From NCBI RefSeq assembly GCF_028641065.1, contig NC_073394.1, forward strand, positions 23,622,001 through 23,686,000: a stretch of DNA of 64,000 nt, in the 5' to 3' direction. Below are positions 49,901 through 59,840 of this stretch, piece by piece. The translations under genes and the position numbers were made by a program. The DNA is from Leucoraja erinacea. Taxonomy: Eukaryota. Each line of letters begins with the position of its first letter. The stretch's first letter is position 1. Under the pieces are notes generated by a model. The model was not told where the DNA came from, ran no database searches, and was given only the letters and a program-made list of their open reading frames with translations.

Positions 49901-51010
49901 AGTTGATGAGTAACATAATTTAATCAGAAACTAGAGTCTTGAGTTTAAGTAATGCCAGTCACATAGAGAACTGGAGTGATTTAAGCAAGGTAGACTGAGA
50001 AATGTGATTAAATAGTTTGAAACTAGATAAACAATGCTGAAGTATTGAATGCAGTTCTGTTTGACACACGATAGGTAGCATATGATTTTGCTTAAGAAAG
50101 TAAAAAGGAAATTCGTGGGGATGTTACGGAGGGTGTAGGAAGAACTGCAGATGCTGGTTTCAACCAAAGATAGACACAAAATGTTGGAGTAACTCAGCAG
50201 GACAGGCAGCATCTCTGGAGAGAAGGAATGGATGGCGTTTCAGGTCGAGACCCTGCTTCAGTTTGAACCCGAAACATCACCCATTCCTTCTCTCCAGAGA
50301 TGCTGCCTGTCCCTCTGAGTTACTCTAGCATTTACTAGGATAGGACGTTAATTATGGAGCAAGAGAGTGAAATTAGGCTGGGCTTGTTTTCCACTGGAGC
50401 AGGGAACGCTGAGGGATGACCTGATCAAGGTTTATCAAATTTATAAGAGGTATAGATAACGTAGAAAGTCGGAATCTTTTCCGCATGGTAGGAGTTTCAA
50501 GAACAAAAGGCATAATTTAAAAGTGAGAGGTAGAAGATTTAATTGTGGCCCTATGGGTAAGTTTTTTTTTCACACAGTTGTCTGGAATGCAATGCCGGAG
50601 GAAGTGATGGAATCAGATACAATTACCACATTTAAAAGACATTTAGATTGGCATGGTAGAGATGGAAATAGTCTTAATGTGGACAAATAAGATTACTGTA
50701 GATGTACAAAAAGGCTAGCATGATTGAGGTGAGCTGAAGGGCTCATTTCCATGCTGTACTACTCTAACACACCAAAGGCAATTTAAAAAGAGTGTCAGGG
50801 GTTATGGGGAGCTATGATTGAATGGCAAAATAGCCTAATTCTGCTCCTATAACTTATATGAACATGAAATATTTCATAATTCACAAGGATCACCATCCTA
50901 CACTTACCTTGACTGTCAGTATCTTGAAATTCAGTAACAAGAGTTTGCAAGTAATCAAACCGATCTTGTCCCTGAGACTTACTTTGTAAATACCGACTGG
51001 AGGTGGCCAT
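43618..51010 (-). CDS. ARMC7: ARMC7 armadillo repeat protein, 3 coding exons, 194 aa
   Basis: Exons 50908-51010, 48339-48482, 43618-43955 join in frame (585 nt): ...[52 protein letters not shown]...VEFGIGGLCNLC...[12 protein letters not shown]...[12 protein letters not shown]. Confidence 0.95.
44121..45604 (+). mobile_element. Tc1/mariner transposon, internally deleted
   Basis: TA-flanked long TIRs starting CAGTGCCCTCCATAATGTTT; transposase remnants QQDNDPKH and [15 protein letters not shown]. Confidence 0.92.
44693..45128 (-). mobile_element. Non-LTR retroposon 3' fragment (Ingi/I-like) inserted in the Tc1
   Basis: 10-bp TSD ACAGGCCTGG (44683-44692, 45129-45138); NRL*TG...MHKWDY...CDCG...QTMLHL; GAAAGAAGAA tail. 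Confidence 0.65.
46180..47790 (-). mobile_element. Two head-to-tail Rex1/Babar LINE 3' ends (46180-47450 with a 367-aa RT ORF; 47452-47790)
   Basis: DPLQFAYR...[12 protein letters not shown]...[13 protein letters not shown]...KFADDT; the 3' UTR is duplicated. Confidence 0.9.
48339..48482 (-). CDS. ARMC7: ARMC7 coding exon 2 (144 nt)
   Basis: ttctcag|ATTCAAAG...AATCG|gtaaga. Confidence 0.95.
50908..51010 (-). CDS. ARMC7: ARMC7 first coding exon (acceptor at 51031)
   Basis: caaATGGCC...TCAAG|gtaagt. Confidence 0.9.
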
Positions 51011-52639
51011 TTGAATTGAACTCCGTGCAGCTGCATACAAAAGAGAAAATTGATCACAAACCCAAATTAAGTCAAAACCATCTAATTGTCATATGAGCTG
51101 AGAATAGAATATTTAAATTATTATTTGCTACAGCTCATACATTAACCTGGCAATACAACAAACAACTATACAATAAACAACACTATACAATAAATGGATA
51201 GCAGTATGAACATTTAGTGCAACATAAATCGAAATATACATAATTCTTAGAATCTGTGATACAGAATTGATGGAATGTCCAGAATCATGGATGAATTTCA
51301 AAATAAGAGGGAGGCCATTCATGACAGAGATAAGAAAAAGGTAATGAATCTTTGGAATTCTCATCCAGGATTTGTGGACTTGGTCAGGTCAGATTCAGAC
51401 ATCATAAGATTTGATTTGTTTTGTTTTGTTTCAGTGAAAAGCTTTGTTTTTAATGCTATCCAATCAGATAATATTTGAATACAATCAAATCAATTAAAAT
51501 AGGTTGTGCAAAGGGGAAGATACAGAATATAGTTCTAGGTATTGTAGTGCATCAGTTCCAGAGATGAAGTCAAATGTCTGCAATGGGGTAGAGGTGGATC
51601 GGACACGACCCCGGCTGATGGAAGGACCTTTCCATCATTCTCTGCCTGATAACAGCTGTCCCTGGATTTTGCTGCAAGAGACAGACCTGGCCCAATCTAC
51701 AAATACATGAAAATGCAATTTTTAATTTTATTTTTTAAATATAGGTTTTTTCCCTCTAGCTTCACTGGCAATTATGTTTAAAACTAGTGGGAAAGGATAT
51801 TCAGGTTGAATCAGAGATCGTACAGGCCACATTGAGAGCACCAAAAGCAGTAAAAAAAACATTGGTCTGAAACATCATCTGTCCATTTCCTTCACAAATG
51901 ATGCCTGACCCACTGAGTTCCTCCAATATATGTTTTTTTTTGCTCAGGAATTCCAGCATCTAGTTTCGTATACACTTTCAAAAATCTAGTGTACAAATAC
52001 TTGAAGGATTACAGGGAAAGAGGGGATGGGAATAACTGGATGATGCTAGTAAAAACTATGAAAGGTTGGATGGGGTGAGTGGCCTTTCTCCTTGGTTGAA
52101 GCAATTTTATAACCTGATAAAAGATTGGGACATGGAAGGCCATTTGACTTTACTGGCCTGACCTTTGTTTTATGACTATTATCTTAGTCTGGGGGAAATA
52201 TGTTTGGCATCTCCTCCAAAAGTCATCCAATCCATACAGATCAAGCTTCATTTCTGTGCAATGTAATGATAAGAACCCAGGGATGATTCCACCAGGGTTA
52301 AACGGGCACTAAAAAAAAATACAGAGTGCTCGAGTAACTCAGCAGGTCAGGCAATATCCTTGGAGAGAAGGAATGGGTGGCGTTTCGGGTCGAGACCCTT
52401 CTTCAGACTCAACTATTAAAGACAGTTTACCCAAAAGGAGACAAAGTGCTGGAGTAACTCAGCGGGTCAGGCAGCATACCTCAAGAACATGAATAGGTGA
52501 TGTTTTGGGTCGAGACCCTTCAAATTGATTAAGAAGGCTAAAGAAGGGACAGGAACCGAAACATCACCTATCAATGTTCTCCACGAAAGCTGCCTGACCC
52601 CCTGAGCACTTTGTCTCCTTTTGTGGAGACCAATGTAGC

Positions 52640-52930
52640 CAATCTCAGCAGCCTGGGCGCTGGAAGTTAGAGGGAGTAAATACCCAGCGCAATACAGGAT
52701 GCAGACGGCGGACACATCCTGATTCCCACCAAAGATCCTATAGCAGAGCTATAGGATCTTTGATTCCCACCACTCACCTCACGGACTCGTCACCACTTCC
52801 AAAGATTATAGAGGAGCTCTTCTAATATCTTTGACCACTTCTGCTATTATTAGGATCTTTGCTTCATCATCTCCGTCCGGCGCCCCTAGTTACTCCTCCA
52901 AAGGCAACGACATCTACCGACCGGGAGGTA
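52640..52930 (-). promoter_or_regulatory. ARMC7 CpG-rich 5' end with probable non-coding exon 1
   Basis: Donor GAG|gtgagt at 52777; GGAAGTG ETS-like motif; local CpG enrichment. Confidence 0.55.
52730..52762. mobile_element. Ultra-short palindromic insertion with 8-bp TSD (type copy of the CAAAGAT family)
   Basis: ATTCCCAC-[CAAAGATCCTATAGC-AGA-GCTATAGGATCTTTG]-ATTCCCAC. Other copies at 27166, 39417, 39452, 39787, 39934, 52800, 53332, 53497. Confidence 0.88.
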
Positions 52931-53244
52931 TTCTCGACAACTTCCATCAAAATGGTAAACCAGCATGTGCTGTTCCTTGTTTCCCTCTTCAACATTGAAA
53001 ATAGAAAATGTCGTAAAGTATCTGTGGAAAAATAAATAGTTAACTCATGCCGAGCTTTCTGTCCAGTTTTTTATATTGAAGAAAAAGCAACTATATTAAG
53101 TATAACCCAATGAGCGGTCATTTACGTGAAAGGTTTCCTCTCTGTCTCACTTTGTCTGACCTGCTGATTATCTCCAAAATGTTCTGTTTTATAGCAACTG
53201 TATTAGTCTAATTCACTAAGTATAGATGGAACAATAGAACATTA

Positions 53245-53441
53245 TGCCCATGTCCCACTTACGAAACCTGAACGGAAACCTCTGGAGACTTTGCGTCCCA
53301 CCCAAGGTTTCCGTGCGGTTGCAGGTAGGGACAAAGATCCTATATCTTTGGGTAGGGAGACTGACAAAAACCTCCGGGAACCGCACGGAAACCTTGGGCT
53401 CCAGAGGTTTCCGTTCCTGTTTCCTAAGTGGGACAGGGGCA
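53245..53441. mobile_element. Fold-back MITE, PIF/Harbinger-like
   Basis: TIR TGCCCATGTCCCACTTA / TAAGTGGGACAGGGGCA; near-palindromic throughout; flanked by TTA/TTG. Confidence 0.7.
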
Positions 53442-55239
53442 TTGCTGAACAACAAGGGCGGTCATGGTGGCGCAGCGGTAGAGTTGCTGTTACAGCCAAA
53501 GATCTTAGAGCAGAGCTCTGCTGTAAGATCTTTGGTCACAGCGAACGCAGCGCCGATCGATCCAGGTTCGATCCTGACTACGGAGTTTGTACGTTCTCCA
53601 CGGATCTTCGGTTTCTTCCCACACTCCAAAGACATACGTACAGGTTTGTAGGTTAATTAGTTTGGTAAATGTAAAAAAATGTCTCTAGTTGGGTGGTAGG
53701 AGGAGTAGGTGTTAATATGCGGGAGTGCCAATGTGTAACATTAATATAAATTCAACTGTTCAACTTCCTGTGTCCTACATTGAAATGTCAACTGCAGCAG
53801 TAGATTTACATGCCTGATATAAATTTGAACTGCTTGGAAACTTGAAATGTCATTGACAAAAATTAACAGTGAAAATGAAAGTTGTTGAAATTGTTGTGTG
53901 TACTATAGTTCATTTTCTCTTCACAAACTTTTTAATGTTTATTTATGATGTTATCTATTGTCTACTGTGTTTACAAACCTGTTGTGCTGCTGCACATAAT
54001 AATTTAATTATTCCGTTTCAGTACATATGACAATTAAGAACTCTTGACTCTTGAGAGAGTCTTGACTCTTTACTTTGGACTTTAGAGATACAGTGCGGAA
54101 GCAGCGAGTCCGCCCACTGAATCCATGCTGACCAGCAATCATCCCATACACCAACACTATCCTACACATTATGGACAATTTTATTGAAGCCAATTAACCT
54201 ATAAACCTATACGTCTTTGGAGTGTGGAAGGAAACCGGAGCACCCGAAGAAAACCCCTGTGGTTACAAGGAGAACGTACAAACTCTATACAGACAGCACC
54301 CATAATCAGGATTGAAGCAGGGTCTCTGGTGCTATAAGGCAGCAGCTCTACCACTGTGCCACTGTGCCCCCCTTAACTATCACAAGGAAAGTGACACTCG
54401 AGCTGTGACAATGAGACTTAAATTATCTAAAGATGCACAAGAGAACAAACCCTTTACTATTATTAATATGGTCTCACCAGATTTCATTCTCAAGGAAGTT
54501 GTTGCCCAAATGAGCACTTTCAAAGGATCTCTTTCAGGGAGTATTTTGATGATGTTTCAAGATTGTTGAGATGACCAAGTTTCAGGTTCAAATACATTTG
54601 ATGACACGTTTTGAAAATCTTTTATCTGATTGTTTGACCAACAAAAGCCACACAGGAGTGATTCAATGTTTCAAGGTGCCGGAGAAGCTGATGAATGATT
54701 GGGGAAAAGGGAAAAAGCAAGCAGGGAAGTGCATCACATTTCAAGTGTCTTTAACATTTGAGCCTGTAATATGTGCCTGCACTATCTGCAAGAAAGGCAG
54801 TTGTGCAAAAATTAAACTCCAACCGCACACATTATTGTAGTATGACAATATAAATGTTTTTTTTTCTCTATCTCGCTATAAAAGAGTATATCCGCACCCC
54901 AAATGTCATATTCCCGACGCCACAAAATTTTAGTTCAAATTTAATTCTGGAGACAAAATGTCTGCACCTTCCAATAAACAAAGTCAATCTTCTGCAATAT
55001 AACATGTAAATCAGCTGAACATTACCTTCAAAAATAAATCTGTATAGTGTTCCCATAAAGAGAAATGTTGTTCCACTTCAGAGGCAGAGTAATCCACTAT
55101 GTTTAATATAGCCTGACTGTACAAAACAGAGTACTTGCCGTCTGTTCATAACCACCAGAGCAGAGAAATATAAAAGTAAAAGGTCAGTGCTTGCCAGATG
55201 TTCCATGATTGTATTTCTGATCTTTGCAGATAAAAAATA

Positions 55240-56002
55240 AAGCCGATTTTGTCAAGGCAGCACTTTGAGACGGTAATCCACGCCTTTGTTACCACCCGGC
55301 TGGATTACTGCAATGCACTGTATCTGGGGGTTAGTCGGTCCTCCATTGCCCGTCTCCAGATGGTACAGAATGCAGCTGTTCGTCTCTTGACAGGCACACA
55401 AAAGCATGATCATGTTTCACACCTTTTGGCCTCTCTCCACTGGCTGCCTGTTCAGTATAGGATTTGTTTTAAAATTATTTTATTTACTTTTAAATCCCTA
55501 AGTGGTCTTGCCCCGTCCTACCTATCTGAGCTTCTTCACCCTTATTCACCCTCCCGCTCTCTCAGGTCAGATGATCAGCTGCTCCTGATTGAGCCAAAGA
55601 CTAAGCGGAAGCTCAGAGGGGACCGTGCCTTTGCTGTGTCGGCTCCGAGATTGTGGAATGAATTGCCTCTGCACGTTAAACAGGCCCCTTCTCTAGCTGT
55701 TTTTAAGTCGCTCCTGAAGACATATCTATTCTCCGTGGCCTTTGTAGACCAGTGAGGTGTTGAATTGTTTATTTGCTTTATTTGCTTGGTTTTGCTGCGT
55801 GGTTCGTACTCGTGTTTTATGTATTTTAATTTATTGTTTGGATTTTCGTATGTAATTTATGCGCCTCGTGTTAGTTGTATGTTATGTTGTTCTGCCTGTT
55901 TTATGATGTCTTGCTTGTGTTCTTTTTTCTGTACAGCACTTTGGTCAGCTTTGGTTGTTTTTTAAGGTGCTTAAGAAATAAAGTTATTATTATTATTATT
56001 AT
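55240..56002 (+). mobile_element. L2 LINE 3' end
   Basis: IHAFVTTRLDYCNAL...LQMVQNAA...LHWLPV...GDRAF...LWNELP; (ATT)n tail. Confidence 0.9.
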
Positions 56003-56039
56003 AAAATGTTCTTGCATTTACAGTGTTTTTCACAACCAC

Positions 56040-57705
56040 ATTGGTAGCCTGACATCGGTGGCGGGGGAAGATGCTGGAGTCAATCATAAAAGATGAAATA
56101 GCAGCACATTTGGAGAGCAGTAACAGGATCGGTCCGAGTCAGCATGGATTTACGAAGGGGATATCATGCTTGACTAATCTTCTGGAAATAAGATTAAGGA
56201 TGTAACTAGGAAAATGGACAAGGGAGAGCCAGTGGATGTAGTGTATCTGGACTTTCAGAAAGCATTTGATAAGGTCCCACATAGGAGATTAGTGGGCAAA
56301 ATTAGGACCCATGGTATTGGGGGTAGAGCTGACATGGATAGAAAATTGGTTGGCAGACAGGAAACAAAGAGTAGGGATTAACGGGTCCCTTTCAGAATGG
56401 CAGGCAGTGTGAACTGTGAGGAGGATGCTATGAGAATGCAGGGTGACTTGGACAGGTTGGGTGAGTGGGCAGATGCATGGCAGATGCAGTTTAATGTGGA
56501 TAAATGTGGGGTTATCCACTTTGGTAGCAAACACAGGAAGACAGATTATGATCTAAATGGTGTCAAGTTGGGAAAAGGGGAAGTACAACAGGATCGGGTG
56601 GGGTCCTTGTTCATCAGTCAATGAAAGTGAGCATGCAGGTACAGTGAAGAAAGTGAATGGCATGTTGGCCTTCATGACAAAAGGAGTTGAGTATAAGAGC
56701 AAAGACGTCCTTCTGCAGTTGCACAGGGCACTAGTGAGACCACACCTGGAGTATTGTGTGCAGTTTTGGTCTCCAAATTTGATGAAGGACATTCTTGCTA
56801 TTGAGGGAGTGCAGCGTAAGTTCACAAGGTTAATTCCCAGGATGGCGGGACTGTCATATGCTGAGAGAATGGAGCGGCTGGGCTTGTATACTCCGGAATT
56901 TAGAAGGATGAGAGGAGATCTTATTGAAACATATAAGATTATTAAGGGTTTGGACATGCAAGAGGCAGGAAACGTGTTCCCAATGTTGGGGAGTCCAGAA
57001 CCAGGGGCCACAGTTTAAGAATAAGGGGTAAGCCATTTAGAACAGAGATGAGGAAACACTTTTTCACACAGAGAGTTGTGAGTCTGTGGAATTCTGTGCC
57101 TCAGAGGGGGGTGGAGGCAGGTTCTCTGAATACTTTCAAGAGAGAGCTAGATAGGGCTCTTAAAGATAGTGGTCAAGTCAAGTCAAGTTTATTCGTCACA
57201 TACACATACGAGATGTGCAGTGAAATGAAAAGTGGCAATGCTCGCGGACTTTGTGCAAAAAGACAAACAAACAACCATACAAACTATAAACACAATTATA
57301 AACACACACATATTATTTTACATATTAAATATTGGAAGGAAAAACGTTCAGTAAAGTTAGTCCCTGGTGAGATTTACAGTCCGAATGGCCTCTGGGAAGA
57401 AACTCCTTCTCAATCTCTCCGTTCTCACAGCATGGCAAAGGAGGCGTTTGCCTGACCGTAGCAGCTGGAACAGTCCGTTGCATGGGCGGAAGGGGTCTCC
57501 CATGATTTTATTGGCTCTGGAGTTGCACCTCCTGATGTATAGTTCCTGCAGGGGGGGCGAGTGAAGTTCCCATAGTGCGATAGTGCATATCAGGGGATAT
57601 GGGGCGAAGGAAGGAATGGGGTACTGATTGTGGATGATCAGCCATGATCACATTGAATGGCGATGCTGGCTCAAAGGGCTGAATGGCTTTTGCCCTATTG
57701 TCAAT
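56040..57705 (+). mobile_element. CR1 LINE fragment interrupted by an antisense Rex-like 3' end (about 57172-57585)
   Basis: QHGF.KG.SCLTNLL, VYLDFQKAFDKVPH, LVRPHLEYCVQFW; the nested insert has a (CTTGA)n tail and GATAGTG direct repeats. Confidence 0.85.
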
Positions 57706-58114
57706 TGTCTCATGCCAGACCCACTGCTCTTTGGCAAAAACCTCACAAAGCAAATGAAGGATGGAAGAGGCTTTTAAAAAAACTTTCGGTCTCATCTGGA
57801 CATTTCTAGCAACGTTTCAGGTCAGGACCCTTCTTCAGGCCTTATTTTGAACTTGAGTTCTTTACAGTTAATTCAGACACAATGCAGTTAGTTTATTTGC
57901 CTCTTTTGAATCCTCTTGCTTCTCAGTTGCTCAGCAAGTAACTTACATGGTAAAGATTTTGGGCAGCATTCAACAAACCACCATAATAGACAATAGTCAG
58001 TGTGAACTATTGTCTGAAGAAGGGCTTTGGCCCGAAACGTTGCCTATTTCCTTCGCTCCATAAATGCAGCTGCACCCGCTGAGTTTCTCCAGCTTTTTTG
58101 AGCACCTTCGATTT

Positions 58115-58598
58115 TCACTTTCGAGTTCATTTTAAAATTCTTTTATTTGTTTTTAAATCGTTGAATGGGCTTGCCCCGCCTTACCTCTCTGAGCTGCTCC
58201 ACCCATACGCTCCTGCCCGGTGCCTCAGGTCAGCTGATCAGCTGCTCCTTGAGGTACCAAGGTCTAAGCGGAAGCTCAGAGGGGATAGAGCCTTTTCTGT
58301 TGCTGCTCCGGCACTCTGGAACACCTTGCTGTTGCACATCAGACAGGCCCCCTCACTGTCCATCTTCAAATCCACCCTAAAAACCCATTTTTATTCTCTG
58401 GCTGAGACACTGGCTGAGACATTGCTCCTGTTTTTAGTGCTTTTAATGTCTTTTAATTTTTACTGTTTTATAGTCCTTTGTTTTACGGTTTTTAATGGTT
58501 TGTAATAACTTCTTGTCCATGAGTTCTCATGTACAGCACTTTGTGGCAACTGCAGTTGTTTAAAGTGCTTTATAAATAAAGTTATTATTATTATTATT
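58115..58598 (+). mobile_element. L2 LINE 3' end inserted in a Penelope terminal repeat
   Basis: FKILL..FKSLNGLAPPYLSELL...GDRAFSVAAP.LWN; (ATT)n tail. Confidence 0.85.
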
Positions 58599-58907
58599 CA
58601 AGCATCTGCAGTTCCTTCTTAAACACAATAGTCAATAGACAATAGGTGCAGGAGTAGGCCAACCGGCCCTTCGAGCCAGCACCCCTGCAATGTGATCATG
58701 GCTGATTATCCCCAATCAGTACTCCATCCCTGCCTTCTCCCCATATCCCCTGACTCCGCTATATTTAAGAGCCCTATCTAGCTCTCTCTTAAAAGTATCC
58801 AGAGAACCGGCCTCCACCGCCCTCTGAGTCAGAAAATTCCACAGACTCACAACTCTCTGTGAGAAAAAGTGTTTCCTCGTCTCTGTTCTAAATGGCTTAC
58901 CCCTTAT

Positions 58908-59840
58908 TAAAGATGGCGGACTGCGGGGGTGATGCGCCGTTGTGTATGGCTGCTCCTCCTGCAGTCCGTCCTTTCTACCTTTTTTATTTTTATTTTTAGT
59001 TCTGTCCTTGGGAAATTTTAACTTGAAGTCTTATGTTTAGGTGGCAGGGGGGGGGGGGGGGGGGGGGGAGGGGGAAACTTTTTGTTTAATCCCAGTCCTA
59101 CCTGGTCGGAGATGCGGTTTTCTTCCGAACCGCTTCTTCGTCCTCTCTGTGCGGCCTACCATCGAGCTGGAGCAGCGCTGGAGCGACGATTTCCTGCCGG
59201 GACTATAGCTTCGCCGGCGGTGCAGATGCTGGGACACCAACACCAACACGGAGCGGGCGATGCCTTACCGGGTCGCCTTCGGGTAAGCTCCGGGGCACTG
59301 GGAACGCCGACTGCAACATCGCTGAGCTGCGGCTGCAGAGCGTCCAGCCGCGGGCGGGCGGCACTGGATTTCAACACCGCGGGGCCTGGTGTCCAAGTTC
59401 GCCAGTGTCAGAGGTCCGGCCAGCGCGGCCTGAGAACTTTGGACATTGCAATCTTCAGGGAGGAAGCGGCCACTTCAGTCCAAGCCGCTGAAGAATGTTC
59501 ACCCGACGCCGATGATCCAGCTTCGCGGCAGAGGGCCTGAGAACATCGAGTTGGCTGAGGAGGCCACATATAGACCCCGACCTCGGGTGGACTATGAGGG
59601 GGAGAACTGGATATTTTTAGTGCCTTCCCTCACAGTGAATTCTGCTGTGGGGGGACGTTTCATGTTGATTTCTATAGTGTACTGTTCTGTGTCTTTTTTC
59701 TTTTTTCTCTTTTTTGTTTTGTATGGATTTATTGACATTTGATCTGTTCAATTAATTTAATCAATCTCTGTAAAGCACTTTGGTTCAAATACTGGTTTTG
59801 TTGAAAAGTGCTATATAAATAAAGATTATTATTATTATTA
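58908..59840 (+). mobile_element. GC-rich non-coding retroposon with an L2-like tail
   Basis: AAGATGGCGG head, long G-run, CpG-rich core, then TGTAAAGCACTTTGG...GTGCTATATAAATAAAG(ATT)n. Confidence 0.6.

Noticed and set aside
53460-53582. tRNA-like A and B boxes
   Set aside because: SINE head interrupted by an insertion; no full cloverleaf.
53216-53656. Similar ORFs on both strands
   Set aside because: Result of the palindromic MITE plus a SINE.
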